NCBI GenBank assembly: GCA_030390025.1
Contig: JASTWF010000360.1
Coordinates: 124,001 to 188,000 of the forward strand
DNA: 64,000 nucleotides
Source of the DNA: Squalus acanthias
Lineage: Eukaryota
Reading direction: 5' to 3'
Shown here: one piece after another, positions 45,901 through 61,141 of the stretch
How the letters are laid out: the number at the start of each line of letters is the position of its first letter
Numbering within the stretch: position 1 is the first letter of the stretch
The notes under the pieces: generated by a model
Databases searched by the model: none
What the model was told of the DNA's origin: nothing
The model's input: the letters and a program-made list of their open reading frames with translations, nothing else
Position numbers and translations under genes: made by a program

Positions 45901-48900
45901 ACTGGGCCCATCCTCCCGGGTTACACACTGTCTGATCTCACTGGTCCCATCCTCCCCGGGTTACACACTGTCTGATCTCGCTGGGCTCATCCTCCCCGGG
46001 TTACACACTGTCTGAACTCACTGGGCCCATCCTCCCCGGGTTACACACTGCCTGATCTCACTGGGCACATCCTCCCCGGGTTACACACTGTCTGATCTCA
46101 CTGGGCACATCCTCCCCGGGTTACACACTGTCTGATCTCACTGGGCCCATCCTCCTGGGTTACACACTGTCTGAGCTCACTGGGCCCATCCTCCCCGGGT
46201 TACACACTGTCTGATATCACTGGGCACATCCTCCCCTGGTTACACACTGTCTGATCTCACTGGGCACATCCTCCCGAGGTTACACACTGTCTGAACTCAC
46301 TGGGCCCATCCACCCCGGTTACAGACTGTCTGATCTCACTGGGCCCATCCTCCCCGGGTTACACACTGTCTGTTCACACTGGGCCCATCCTCCCCGGGTT
46401 ACACACTGTCTGATCTCACTGGGCCCATCCTCCCCGGGTTACACACTGTCTGATCACACTGGGCCCATCCTCACCGGGTTACACACTGTCTGAACTCACT
46501 GGGCCCATCCACCCCGGTTACAGACTGTCTGATCTCACTGGGCCCATCCTCCCCGGGTTACACACTGTCTGATCACACTGGGCCCATCCACCCCGGGTTA
46601 CACACTGTCTGATCTCACTGGGCCCATCCTCCCCGGGTTACACACTGTCTGATCACACTGGGCCCATCCTCCCCGGGTTACACACTGTCTGATCACACTG
46701 GGCCCATCCTCCCCGGGTTACACACGGTCTGATCTCACTGGGCCCATCCTCCCCGGGTTACACACGGTCTGATCTCACTGGGCCCAGCCTCCCCGGGTTA
46801 CACACTGTCTGATCACACTGGGCCCATCCTCCCCGGGTTACACACGGCCTGATCTCACTGGGCACATCCTCCCCGGGTTACACACTGTCTGATCTCACTG
46901 GGCCCATCCTCCCCGGGTTACACACTGTCTGATCACACTGGGCCCATCCTCCCCGGGTTACACACTGTCTGATCACACTGGGCCCATCCTCCCCGGGTTA
47001 CACACTGTCTGATCTCACTGGGCCCATCCTCCCCGGGTTACACACGGCCTGATCTCACTGGGCACATCCTCCCTGGGTTACACACGGTCTGATCTCACTG
47101 GGCACATCCTCCCTGGGTTACACACTGTCTGATCTCACTGGGCCCATCCTCCCCGGGTTACACACGGCCTGATCTCACTGGGCACATCCTCCCTGGGTTA
47201 CACACTGTCTGATCTCACTGGGCCCATCCTCCCCGGGTTACACACTGTCTGAACTCACTGGGCCCATCCACCCCGGGTTACACAGTGTCTGATCTCACTG
47301 GGCACATCCTCCCCGGGTTACACACTGTCTGATCTCACTCGGCCCATCCTCCGCGGGTTACACACTGTCTGATCTCACTGGGCCCATCCTCCCCGGGTTA
47401 CACACGGCCTGATCTCACTGGGCACATCCTCCCCGGGTTACACACTGTCTGATCTCACTGGGCCCATCCTCCCCGGGTTACACACTGTCTGATCTCACTG
47501 GGCACATCCTCCCCGGCTTACACACTGTCTGATATCACTGGGCACATCCTCCGCTGGTTACTCACTGTCTGATCTCACTGGGCCCATCCTCCCCGGGTTA
47601 CACACTGTCTGAACTCACTGGGCCCATCCACCCCGGGTTACACACTGTCTGATTTCACTGGGCCCATCCTCCCCGGGTTACACACTGTCTGATCTCACTG
47701 GGCCCATCCACCCCGGGTTACACACCGTCTGATCTCACTGGGCCCATCCTCCCCGGGTTACACACTGTCTGATTTCACTGGGCCCATCCTCCCCGGGTTA
47801 CACACTGTCTGATCTCACTGGGCCCATCCACCCCGGGTTACACACCGTCTGATCTCACTGGGCCCATCCTCCCCGGGTTACACACTGTCTGATCTCACTG
47901 GGCCCATCCTCCCCGGGTTACACACTGTCTGATCTCACTGGGCCCATCCACCCCGGGTTACACACTGTCTGATTTCACTGGGCCCATCCTCCCCGGGTTA
48001 CACACTGTCTGATTTCACTGGGCCCATCCTCCCCGGGTTACACACTGTCTGATTTCACTGGGCCCATCCTCCCCGGGTTACACACTGTCTGATCACACTG
48101 GGCCCATCCTCCCCGGGTTACACACTGTCTGATCACACTGGGCCCATCCTCCGTGGGTTACACACTGTCTGATATCACTGGGCCCATCCTCCCCGGGTTA
48201 CACACTGTCTGATCTCACTGGGCACATCCTCCCCGGGTTACACACTGTCTGATCTCACTAGGCACATCCTCCCCGGGTTACACACTGTCTGATCTCACTG
48301 GGCCCATCCTCCCCTGGTTACTCACTGTCTGATCTCACTGGGCACATCTTCCCGAGGTTACACACTGTCTGAACTCACTGGGCCCATCCACTCCGGGTTA
48401 CACAGTGTCTGATCTCACTGGGCCCATCCTCCCCGGGTTACACACTGTCTGATCTCACTGCGCCCATCCACCCCGGGTTACACACTGTCTGATCTCACTG
48501 GGCCCATCCTCTCCGGGTTACACACTGTCTGATCTCACTGAGCCCATCCACCCCGGGTTACACACTGTCTGATCTCACTGGGCCCATCCTCCCCGGGTTA
48601 CACAGTGTCTGATCTCGCTGGGCCCATCCTCCCCGGGTTACACACTGTCTGATCACACTGGGCCCATCCACCCCGGGTTACACAGTGTCTGATCTCGCTG
48701 GGCCCATCCTCCCCGGGTTACACACTGTCTGATCTCACTGCGCCCATCCACCCCGGGTTACACACTGTCTGATCTCACTGGGCCCATCCTCCCCGGGTTA
48801 CACACTGTCTGATCTCACTGCGCCCATCCTCCTCGGGTTACACACTGTCTGATCACACTGGGCCCATCCTCCCCGGGTTACACACTGTCTGATCTCACTG

Positions 48901-51900
48901 GGCCCATCCTCCACGGGTTACACACTGTCTGATCTCACTGGGCCCATCTTCCACAGGATACACACTGTGTGATCTCACTGGGCCCTTCCTCCCCGGGTTA
49001 CACACTCTCTGATCTCACTGGGCCCATCCTCCCCGTGTTACACACTGTCGGATCTCACTGGGCCCATCCTCCCCGGGTTACACACTGTCGGATCTCACTG
49101 GGCCCATCCTCCCCGGGTTACACACTGTCTGATCTCACTGGGCCCATTCTCCCCGGGTTACACACTGTCTGATCTCACTGGGCCCATCCTCCCCGGGTTA
49201 CACACTGTCTGATCTCACTGGGCCCATCCTCCCCGGGTTACACACTGTCTGATCACACTGGGCCAATCCTCACCGGTTTACACACTGTGTGATCTCACTG
49301 GGCCCATCCTCCCCGGGTTACACACTGTCTGATCTCACTGGGCCCATCCTCCCCTGGTTACACACTGTCTGATCTCACTGGGCCCATCCTCCCCGGGTTA
49401 CACACTGTCTGATCTCACTGGGCCCATCCTCACCGGTTTACACACTGTGTGATCTCACTGGGCCCATCCTCCCTGGGTTACACACTGTCTGATCTCACTG
49501 GGCCCATTCTCCCCGGGTTACACACTTTCTGATCTCACTGGGCCCATCCTCTCCGGGTTACACACTGTCTGAACTCACTGGGCACATCCTCCCCGGGTTA
49601 CACACTGTCTGATCTCACTGGGCCCATCCTCCCCGGGTTACACACTGTCTGATCACACTGGGCCCATCCTCCCAGGGTTACACACGGCCTGATCTCACTG
49701 GGCCCATGCTCCTCGGGTTACACACTGTCTGATCACACTGGGCCCATCCTCCCCTGTTTACACACTGTCTGATCTCACTGGGCGCATTCTCCCCGGGTTA
49801 CACACTGTCTGATCTCACTGGGCCCATCCTCCCCGGGTTACACACTGTCTGATCTCACTGGGCCCATTCTCCCCGGGTTACACACTGTCTGATCTCACTG
49901 GGTCCATCCTCCCCGGGTTACACACTGTCTGATCACTGGGCCCATCCTCCCGGGTTACACACTGTCTGATCTCACTGGTCCCATCCTCCCCGGGTTACAC
50001 ACTGTCTGATCTCGCTGGGCTCATCCTCCCCGGGTTACACACTGTCTGAACTCACTGGGCCCATCCTCCCCGGGTTACACACTGCCTGATCTCACTGGGC
50101 ACATCCTCCCCGGGTTACACACTGTCTGATCTCACTGGGCACATCCTCCCCGGGTTACACACTGTCTGATCTCACTGGGCCCATCCTCCTGGGTTACACA
50201 CTGTCTGAGCTCACTGGGCCCATCCTCCCCGGGTTACACACTGTCTGATATCACTGGGCACATCCTCCCCTGGTTACACACTGTCTGATCTCACTGGGCA
50301 CATCCTCCCGAGGTTACACACTGTCTGAACTCACTGGGCCCATCCACCCCGGTTACAGACTGTCTGATCTCACTGGGCCCATCCTCCCCGGGTTACACAC
50401 TGTCTGTTCACACTGGGCCCATCCTCCCCGGGTTACACACTGTCTGATCTCACTGGGCCCATCCTCCCCGGGTTACACACTGTCTGATCACACTGGGCCC
50501 ATCCTCACCGGGTTACACACTGTCTGAACTCACTGGGCCCATCCACCCCGGTTACAGACTGTCTGATCTCACTGGGCCCATCCTCCCCGGGTTACACACT
50601 GTCTGATCACACTGGGCCCATCCACCCCGGGTTACACACTGTCTGATCTCACTGGGCCCATCCTCCCCGGGTTACACACTGTCTGATCACACTGGGCCCA
50701 TCCTCCCCGGGTTACACACTGTCTGATCACACTGGGCCCATCCACCCCGGGTTACACACGGTCTGATCTCACTGGGCCCATCCTCCCCGGGTTACACACG
50801 GTCTGATCTCACTGGGCCCAGCCTCCCCGGGTTACACACTGTCTGATCACACTGGGCCCATCCTCCCCGGGTTACACACGGCCTGATCTCACTGGGCACA
50901 TCCTCCCCGGGTTACACACTGTCTGATCTCACTGGGCCCATCCTCCCCGGGTTACACACTGTCTGATCACACTGGGCCCATCCTCCCCGGGTTACACACT
51001 GTCTGATCACACTGGGCCCATCCTCCCCGGGTTACACACTGTCTGATCTCACTGGGCCCATCCTCCCCGGGTTACACACGGCCTGATCTCACTGGGCACA
51101 TCCTCCCTGGGTTACACACGGTCTGATCTCACTGGGCACATCCTCCCTGGGTTACACACTGTCTGATCTCACTGGGCCCATCCTCCCCGGGTTACACACG
51201 GCCTGATCTCACTGGGCACATCCTCCCTGGGTTACACACTGTCTGATCTCACTGGGCCCATCCTCCCCGGGTTACACACTGTCTGAACTCACTGGGCCCA
51301 TCCACCCCGGGTTACACAGTGTCTGATCTCACTGGGCACATCCTCCCCGGGTTACACACTGTCTGATCTCACTCGGCCCATCCTCCGCGGGTTACACACT
51401 GTCTGATCTCACTGGGCCCATCCTCCCCGGGTTACACACGGCCTGATCTCACTGGGCACATCCTCCCCGGGTTACACACTGTCTGATCTCACTGGGCCCA
51501 TCCTCCCCGGGTTACACACTGTCTGATCTCACTGGGCACATCCTCCCCGGCTTACACACTGTCTGATATCACTGGGCACATCCTCCGCTGGTTACTCACT
51601 GTCTGATCTCACTGGGCCCATCCTCCCCGGGTTACACACTGTCTGAACTCACTGGGCCCATCCACCCCGGGTTACACACTGTCTGATTTCACTGGGCCCA
51701 TCCTCCCCGGGTTACACACTGTCTGATCTCACTGGGCCCATCCACCCCGGGTTACACACCGTCTGATCTCACTGGGCCCATCCTCCCCGGGTTACACACT
51801 GTCTGATTTCACTGGGCCCATCCTCCCCGGGTTACACACTGTCTGATCTCACTGGGCCCATCCTCCCCGGGTTACACACTGTCTGATCTCACTGGGCCCA

Positions 51901-54900
51901 TCCTCCCCGGGTTACACACTGTCTGATCTCACTGGGCCCATCCTCCCCGGGTTACACACTGTCTGATCTCACTGGGCCCATCCACCCCGGGTTACACACT
52001 GTCTGATTTCACTGGGCCCATCCTCCCCGGGTTACACACTGTCTGATTTCACTGGGCCCATCCTCCCCGGGTTACACACTGTCTGATTTCACTGGGCCCA
52101 TCCTCCCCGGGTTACACACTGTCTGATCACACTGGGCCCATCCTCCCCGGGTTACACACTGTCTGATCACACTGGGCCCATCCTCCGTGGGTTACACACT
52201 GTCTGATATCACTGGGCCCATCCTCCCCGGGTTACACACTGTCTGATCTCACTGGGCACATCCTCCCCGGGTTACACACTGTCTGATCTCACTAGGCACA
52301 TCCTCCCCGGGTTACACACTGTCTGATCTCACTGGGCCCATCCTCCCCTGGTTACTCACTGTCTGATCTCACTGGGCACATCTTCCCGAGGTTACACACT
52401 GTCTGAACTCACTGGGCCCATCCACTCCGGGTTACACAGTGTCTGATCTCACTGGGCCCATCCTCCCCGGGTTACACACTGTCTGATCTCACTGGGTCCC
52501 ATCCACCCCGGGTTACACACTGTCTGATCTCACTGAGCCCATCCACCCCGGGTTACACACTGTCTGATCTCACTGGGCCCATCCTCCCCGGGTTACACAG
52601 TGTCTGATCTCGCTGGGCCCATCCTCCCCGGGTTACACACTGTCTGATCACACTGGGCCCATCCACCCCGGGTTACACAGTGTCTGATCTCGCTGGGCCC
52701 ATCCTCCCCGGGTTACACACTGTCTGATCTCACTGCGCCCATCCACCCCGGGTTACACACTGTCTGATCTCACTGGGCCCATCCTCCCCGGGTTACACAC
52801 TGTCTGATCTCACTGCGCCCATCCTCCTCGGGTTACACACTGTCTGATCACACTGGGCCCATCCTCCCCGGGTTACACACTGTCTGATCTCACTGGGCCC
52901 ATCCTCCACGGGTTACACACTGTCTGATCTCACTGGGCCCATCTTCCACAGGATACACACTGTGTGATCTCACTGGGCCCTTCCTCCCCGGGTTACACAC
53001 TCTCTGATCTCACTGGGCCCATCCTCCCCGTGTTACACACTGTCGGATCTCACTGGGCCCATCCTCCCCGGGTTACACACTGTCGGATCTCACTGGGCCC
53101 ATCCTCCCCGGGTTACACACTGTCTGATCTCACTGGGCCCATTCTCCCCGGGTTACACACTGTCTGATCTCACTGGGCCCATTCTCCCCGGGTTACACAC
53201 TGTCTGATCTCACTGGGCCCATTCTCCCCGGGTTACACACTGACTTATCTCACTGGGCCCATCCTCCCCGGGTTACACACTGTCTGATCTCACTGGGCCT
53301 TTCCTCCCGAGGTTACACACTGTCTGATCTCACTGGACCCATCCTCCCCGGGTTACTCACTGTCTGATCTCACTGGGCCCATCCTCCCCGGGTTACACAC
53401 TGTCTGATCTCACTGGGCCCATCCTCCCCGGGTTACACACTGTCTGATCTCACTGGGCCCATCCTCCTCGGGTTACACACTGTCTGATCTCACTGGGCCC
53501 ATCCTCCCCGGGTTACTCACTGTCTGATCACACTGGGCCCATCCACCCCGGGTTACACACTGTCTGATCTCACTGGGCCCATCCTCCCCGGGTTACTCAC
53601 TGTCTGATCACACTGGGCCCATCCTCCCCGGGTTACTCACTGTCTGATCACACTGGCCCATCCTCCCCGGGTTACACACTGTCAGACCTCACTGGGCCCA
53701 TCCTCCCCGGGTTACACACTGTCTGATCTCACTGGGCCCATCCTCCCCGGGTTACACACTGTCTGATCTCACTTGGTCCATCCTCCCCGGAATACACACT
53801 GTCTGATCTCACTTGGTCCATCCTCCCCGGAATACACACTGTCTGATCTCACTGGGCCCATCCTCCCCGGGTTACACCCTGTTGAATCTCACTGGGCCCA
53901 TCCTCCCCGGGTTACACACTGTCTGATCACACTGGGCCCATCCTCCCCGGGTTACACCCTGTTGAATCTCACTGGGCCCATCCTCCCCGGGTTACACACT
54001 GCCTGATCTCACTGGACCCATCCTCCCCGGGTTACACACTGTCTGATCTCACTGGACCCATCCTCCCCGGGTCACACACTGTCTGATCTCACTGGGCCCA
54101 TCCTCCCAGGGTTACACACTGTCTGATCTCACTGGACCCATCCTCCCCGGGTCACACACTGTCTGATCTCACTGGGCCCATCCTCCCCTGGTTACTCACT
54201 GTCTGATCTCACTGGGCACATCCTCCCGAGGTTACACACTGTCTGAACTCACTGGACCCATCCTCCCCGGGTTACACACTGTCTGATCACACTGGGCCCA
54301 TCCACCCCGGGTTACACACTGTCTGATCTCACTGGGCCCATCCTCCCCGGGTTACTCACTGTCTGATCACACTGGGCCCATCCTCCCCGGGTTACACACT
54401 GTCTGATCTCACTGGGCCCATCCTCCTCGGGTTACACACTGTCTGATCTCACTGGGCCCATCCTCCCCGGGTTACTCACTGTCTGATCACACTGGGCCCA
54501 TCCTCCCCGGGTTACACACTGTCAGACCTCACTGGGCCTATCCTCCTCGGGTTACACACTGTCTGATCTCACTGGGCCCATCCTCCCCAGGATACACACT
54601 GTCTGATCTCACTGGGCACATCCTCCCCGGGTTACACACTGTCTGATCTCACTGGGCCCATCCTCCCCGGGTTACACACTGTCTGATCTCACTGGGCCCA
54701 TCCTCCCCGGGTTACACCCTGTTGAATCTCACTGGGCCCATCCTCCCCGGGTTACACACTGTCTGATCACACTGGGCCCATCCTCCCCGGGTTACACCCT
54801 GTTGAATCTCACTGGGCCCATCCTCCCCGGGTTACACACTGCCTGATCTCACTGGACCCATCCTCCCCGGGTTACACACTGTCTGATCTCACTGGACCCA

Positions 54901-57900
54901 TCCTCCCCGGGTCACACACTGTCTGATCTCACTGGGCCCATCCTCCCAGGGTTACACACTGTCTGATCTCACTGGACCCATCCTCCCCGGGTCACACACT
55001 GTCTGATCTCACTGGGCCCATCCTCCCCTGGTTACTCACTGTCTGATCTCACTGGGCACATCCTCCCGAGGTTACACACTGTCTGAACTCACTGGACCCA
55101 TCCACCCCGGGTTACACACTGTCTGATCTCACTGGGCCCATCCACCCCGGGTTACACACTGTCTGATCTCACTGGGCCCATCCTCTCCGGGTTACACACT
55201 GTCTGATCTCACTGGGCCCATCCTCCCAGGGTTACACACTGTCTGATCTCACTGGGCCCATCCTCCCCGGGTTACACACTGTCTGATCTCACTGGGCCCA
55301 TCCTCCCAGGGTTACACACTGTCTGATCTCACTGGGCCCATCCTCCCCGGGTTACACACTGTCTGATCTCACTGGGCCCATCCTCCCCAGGTTACACACT
55401 GTCTGATCTCACTGGGCCCATCCTCCACGGGTTACACACTGTCTGATCGATCACTGGGCCCATCCTCCCCGGGTTACACACTGTCTGATCTCACTGGGCC
55501 CATCCTCCACGGGTTACACACTGTCTGATCGATCACACTGGGCCCATCCTCCCCGGGTTACACACTGTCTGATCTCACTGGGCACATCCTCCCCGGGTTA
55601 CACACTGTCTGATCTCACTGGGCACATCCACCCCGGGTTACACACTGTCTGATCTCACTTGCCCCATCCACCCCGGGTTACACACTGTCTGATCTCACTT
55701 GCCCCATCCTCCCCGGGTTACACACTGTCTGATCTCACTTGCCCCATCCTCCCCGGGTTACACACTGCCTGATCACACTGGGCCCATCCTCCCCGGGTTA
55801 CACACTGCCTGATCTCACTGGGCACATCCTCCCCGGGTTACACACTGTCTGATCTCACTGGGCCCATCCTCCCCGGGTTAGACACTGTCTGATCTCACTG
55901 GGCCCATCCACCCCGGGTTACACACTGTCTGATCTCACTGGGCCCATCCTCCCCGGGTTACACACTGTCTGATCTCACTGGGCCCATCCACCCCGGGTTA
56001 CACACTGTCTGATCACACTGGGCCCATCCTCCCCGGGTTACACACTGTCTGATCACACTGGGCCCATCCTCCCCAGGATACACACTGTCTGATCTCACTG
56101 GGCCCATCCTCCCTGGGTTACACACTGTCTGATCACACTGGGCCCATCCTCCCCGGGTTACACACTGTCTGATCACACTGGGCCCATCCTCCCCAGGATA
56201 CACACTGTCTGATCACACTGGGCCCATCCTCCCCGGGTTACACACTGTCTGATCTCACTGGGCCCATCCTCCCCGGGTTACACACTGTCTGATCACACTG
56301 GGCCCATCCTCCCCGGGTTACACACTGTCTGATCACACTGGACCCATCCTCCCCGGGTTACACACTGTCTGATCTCACTGGGCCCATCCTCCCCGGGTTA
56401 CTCACTGTCTGATCTCACTGGGCCCATCCTCCCCGGGTTACACACTGTCTGATCTCACTGGGTCCATCCACCCCGGGTTACACACTGTCTGATCACACTG
56501 GGCCCATCCTCCCCGGGTTACACACGGCCTGATCTCACTGGGCCCATCTCCCCGGGTTACACACGGCCTGATCTCACTGAGCCCATCCACCCCGGGTTAC
56601 ACACTGTCTGATCTCACTGGGTCCATCCACCCCGGGTTACACACTGTCTGATCTCACTGGGCCCATCCTCCCCGGGTTACTCACTGTCTGATCTCACTGG
56701 GCCCATCCTCCCCGGGTTACTCACTGTCTGATCTCACTGGGCCCATCCTCCCAGGGTTACACACTATCTGATCTCACTGGGCCCATCCACCCCGGGTTAC
56801 ACACTGTCTGATCTCACTGGGCCCATCCACCCCGGGTTACACACTGTCTGATCTCACTGGGCCCATCCTCCCCGGGTTACTCACTGTCTGATCACACTGG
56901 GCCCATCCTCCCCGGGTTACACACTGTCAGACCTCACTGGGCCTATCCTCCTCGGGTTACACACTGTCTGATCTCACTGGGCCCATCCTCCCCGGGTTAC
57001 TCACTGTCTGATCACACTGGGCCCATCCTCCCCGGGTTACACACTGTCAGACCTCACTGGGCCTATCCTCCTCGGGTTACACACTGTCTGATCTCACTGG
57101 GCCCATCCTCCCCAGGATACACACTGTCTGATCTCACTGGGCACATCCTCCCCGGGTTACACACTGTCTGATCTCACTGGGCCCATCCTCCCCGGGTTAC
57201 ACACTGTCTGATCTCACTGGGCCCATCCTCCCCGGGTTACACCCTGTTGAATCTCACTGGGCCCATCCTCCCCGGGTTACACACTGTCTGATCACACTGG
57301 GCCCATCCTCCCCGGGTTACACACTGTCTGATCTCACTGGGCCCATCCTCCCCGGGTTACACACTGCCTGATCTCACTGGACCCATCCTCCCCGGGTTAC
57401 ACACTGTCTGATCTCACTGGACCCATCCTCCCCGGGTCACACACTGTCTGATCTCACTGGGCCCATCCTCCCAGGGTTACACACTGTCTGATCTCACTGG
57501 ACCCATCCTCCCCGGGTACACACTGTCTGATCTCACTGGGCCCATCCTCCCCTGGTTACTCACTGTCTGATCTCACTGGGCACATCCTCCCGAGGTTACA
57601 CACTGTCTGAACTCACTGGACCCATCCACCCCGGGTTACACACTGTCTGATCTCACTGGGCCCATCCACCCCGGGTTACACACTGTCTGATCTCACTGGG
57701 CCCATCCTCTCCGGGTTACACACTGTCTGATCTCACTGGGCCCATCCTCCCAGGGTTACACACTGTCTGATCTCACTGGGCCCATCCTCCCCGGGTTACA
57801 CACTGTCTGATCTCACTGGGCCCATCCTCCCAGGGTTACACACTGTCTGATCTCACTGGGCCCATCCTCCCCGGGTTACACACTGTCTGATCTCACTGGG

Positions 57901-60526
57901 CCCATCCTCCCCAGGTTACACACTGTCTGATCTCACTGGGCCCATCCTCCACGGGTTACACACTGTCTGATCGATCACACTGGGCCCATCCTCCCCGGGT
58001 TACACACTGTCTGATCTCACTGGGCCCATCCTCCACGGGTTACACACTGTCTGATCGATCACACTGGGCCCATCCTCCCCGGGTTACACACTGTCTGATC
58101 TCACTGGGCCCATCTCCCCGGTTTATACACGGCCTGATCTCACTGGACCCATCCTCCCCGGGTTACACACTGTCTGATCTCACTGGGCACATCCTCCCCG
58201 GGTTACACACTGTCTGATCTCACTGGGCACATCCACCCCGGGTTACACACTGTCTGATCTCACTTGCCCCATCCACCCCGGGTTACACACTGTCTGATCT
58301 CACTTGCCCCATCCTCCCCGGGTTACACACTGTCTGATCTCACTTGCCCCATCCTCCCCGGGTTACACACTGCCTGATCACACTGGGCCCATCCTCCCCG
58401 GGTTACACACTGCCTGATCTCACTGGGCACATCCTCCCCGGGTTACACACTGTCTGATCTCACTGGGCCCATCCTCCCCGGGTTAGACACTGTCTGATCT
58501 CACTGGGCCCATCCACCCCGGGTTACACACTGTCTGATCTCACTGGGCCCATCCTCCCCGGGTTACACACTGTCTGATCTCACTGGGCCCATCCACCCCG
58601 GGTTACACACTGTCTGATCACACTGGGCCCATCCTCCCCGGGTTACACACTGTCTGATCACACTGGGCCCATCCTCCCCAGGATACACACTGTCTGATCT
58701 CACTGGGCCCATCCTCCCTGGGTTACACACTGTCTGATCACACTGGGCCCATCCTCCCCGGGTTACACACTGTCTGATCACACTGGGCCCATCCTCCCCA
58801 GGATACACACTGTCTGATCACACTGGGCCCATCCTCCCCGGGTTACACACTGTCTGATCTCACTGGGCCCATCCTCCCCGGGTTACACACTGTCTGATCA
58901 CACTGGGCCCATCCTCCCCGGGTTACACACTGTCTGATCACACTGGACCCATCCTCCCCGGGTTACACACTGTCTGATCTCACTGGGCCCATCCTCCCCG
59001 GGTTACTCACTGTCTGATCTCACTGGGCCCATCCTCCCCGGGTTACACACTGTCTGATCTCACTGGGTCCATCCACCCCGGGTTACACACTGTCTGATCA
59101 CACTGGGCCCATCCTCCCCGGGTTACACACGGCCTGATCTCACTGGGCCCATCTCCCCGGGTTACACACGGCCTGATCTCACTGAGCCCATCCACCCCGG
59201 GTTACACACTGTCTGATCTCACTGGGTCCATCCACCCCGGGTTACACACTGTCTGATCTCACTGGGCCCATCCTCCCCGGGTTACTCACTGTCTGATCTC
59301 ACTGGGCCCATCCCCCCGGGGTTACACACTGTCTGATCTCACTGGGCCCATCCACCCCTGGTTACACACTGTCTGATCTCACTGGGCCCATCCTCCCAGG
59401 GTTACACACTGTCTGATCTCACTGGGCCCATCCACCCCTGGTTACACACTGTCTGATCTCACTGGGCCCATCCACCCCTGGTTACACACTGTCTGATCTC
59501 ACTGGGCCCATCTTCCCCGGGTTACACACTGCCTGATCTCACTGGGCCCACTCTCCCCGGGTTACACACGGCCTGATCACACTGGGTACATCCTCCCCGG
59601 GTTACTCACTGTCTGATCACACTGGGCCCATCCTCCCCGGGTAACACACTGTCTGATCTCTCTGGGCCCATCCTCTCCGGGTTACACACTGTCTATTCTC
59701 ACTGGGCCCATCCTCCCCGGGTTACTCACTGTCTGATCTCACTGGGCACATCCTCCCCGGGTTACACACTGTGTGATCTCACTCGGCCCATCCTCCCCGG
59801 GTTACACACTGTCTGATCTCACTGGGCCCATCCTCCCCGGGTTACACACTGTCTGATCTCACTGGGCCCATCCTCCCCGGGTTACACACTGTCTGAGCTC
59901 ACTGGGCCCATCCTCCCCGGGTTACACACTGTCTGAGCTCACTGGGCCCATCCTCCCCGGGTTACACACTGTCTGAGCTCACTGGGCACATCCTCCCCGG
60001 GTTACACACTGTCTGATCTCACTGGGCCCATCCTCCCCGGGTTACACACTGTCTGAGCTCACTGGGCCCATCCTCCCCGGGTTACACACTGTCTGATCTC
60101 ACTGGGCCCATCCTCCACGGGTTACTCACTGTCTGATCTCACTGGGCCCATCCTCCCCGGATTACACACTGTCTGATCTCACTGGGCCCATCCTCCCCGG
60201 GTTACACACTGTCTGATATCACTGGGCCCATCCTCCACGGGTTACACACTGTGTGATCTCACTCGGCCCATCCTCCACGGGTTACACACTGTGTGATCTC
60301 ACTCGGCCCATCCTCCACGGGTTACACACTGTCTGATCTCACTGGGCCCATCCTCCCAGGGTTACACACTGTCTGATCTCACTGGGCCCATCCTCCCCTG
60401 GTTACACACTGTCTGATCTCACTGGGCCCATCCTCCCCTGGTTACTCACTGTCTGATCACACTGGGGCCCATCCTCCCCTGGTTACACACTGTCTGATCT
60501 CACTGGGCACATCCTCCCCGGGTTAC
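42980..60526. repeat. 40-bp tandem satellite array, consensus GATCTCACTGGGCCCATCCTCCCCGGGTTACACACTGTCT
   Basis: Head-to-tail 40-bp monomers over ~17.5 kb, with occasional small indels and kb-scale block duplications. Confidence 0.98.
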
Positions 60527-61095
60527 TGTGGAAGTGCAGTTTACTTTTAAGTCACAAATAAAATGGCTTCTCTGATAAAAGAATTTAAAAAGGGAATTCA
60601 AAATGGCCGACAGTAGGAGTCACCATAATAAGTAAGTCATTCTAATTAGCTACAAGGAGGTGACAGCTCAGAATTCCTTATCTAAGAAAAGCTTAGCAAA
60701 ATAAGGCATCAATTAGTTCTAACCAGCTCAGGATGAGATCAGGTAAGCCATCAACCCACAGATTAGAGAAAGAACATTGAACAAAGGAATCCCACAAGGA
60801 AGGTCTGGTTATCTGATCTTTAAGGAATTTCTGCTCGTTATTTTAACGAAAACCTATGCAATAACTCACAAGTTTGTGCATCATTAAATAGGATGTTTAA
60901 TGATGTGTCATATGGCCTGTTCTGTGTTCTTTTTTGTATAAAGTATGTTCAAATCTTGTAAGATTCGAAGCATTCTGACATAGCAACTTGACTGTGTCAG
61001 AACCTTCCCTTGTAACAAGTAAACTTTATTAAAAAGCCTTCTTTGACATGATTCTATGTTTAAATTAGTTCTACTCGGCATGTAAAACTTCGACA
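60527..61095 (+). repeat. 5' LTR of second ERV (~569 bp)
   Basis: Starts TGTGGAAGT exactly where the satellite stops and ends ACTTCGACA (8/9 inverted repeat) just before the PBS; TATAAA at 60937-60942, ATTAAA at 61028-61033. The partner LTR is outside the window. Confidence 0.82.
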
Positions 61096-61101
61096 GTTTC
61101 T

Positions 61102-61119
61102 TGGAGGTCCCACCGAGAT
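61102..61119 (+). promoter_or_regulatory. Primer binding site, tRNA-Gln
   Basis: TGGAGGTCCCACCGAGAT is the 18-nt complement of the vertebrate tRNA-Gln(TTG) 3' end (…ATCTCGGTGGGACCTCCA), 6 nt after the LTR. Confidence 0.9.
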
Positions 61120-61134
61120 CGCTTGCTACCTCTC

Positions 61135-61141
61135 GGTAAGT
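61135..61141 (+). promoter_or_regulatory. Candidate major splice donor
   Basis: G|GTAAGT consensus 16 nt downstream of the PBS, the usual position in class I retroviruses. Confidence 0.65.

Noticed and set aside
1375..58808. Short Cys/Ser-rich or Pro/His-rich ORFs within the satellites (e.g. 1375-1686, 37267-37578, 48969-49172, 55958-56203)
   Set aside because: They are translations of the tandem monomer that stay open where a variant removes a stop; mostly non-ATG starts and no gene structure.
1..60526. CRISPR-like array (regular ~40-bp periodicity)
   Set aside because: Monomers are head-to-tail with no unique spacers, there are no cas genes, and the context is eukaryotic retroelements.
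1..60526. V(D)J recombination signal sequences (CACAATG / CACAGTG / CACTGTG heptamer-like words in both satellites)
   Set aside because: No ACAAAAACC-like nonamer at 12 or 23 bp spacing and no V/D/J segments.
60521..60526. Target-site duplication for the second ERV
   Set aside because: The 3' LTR lies outside the window, so the TSD (expected to end ...TTAC) cannot be verified.
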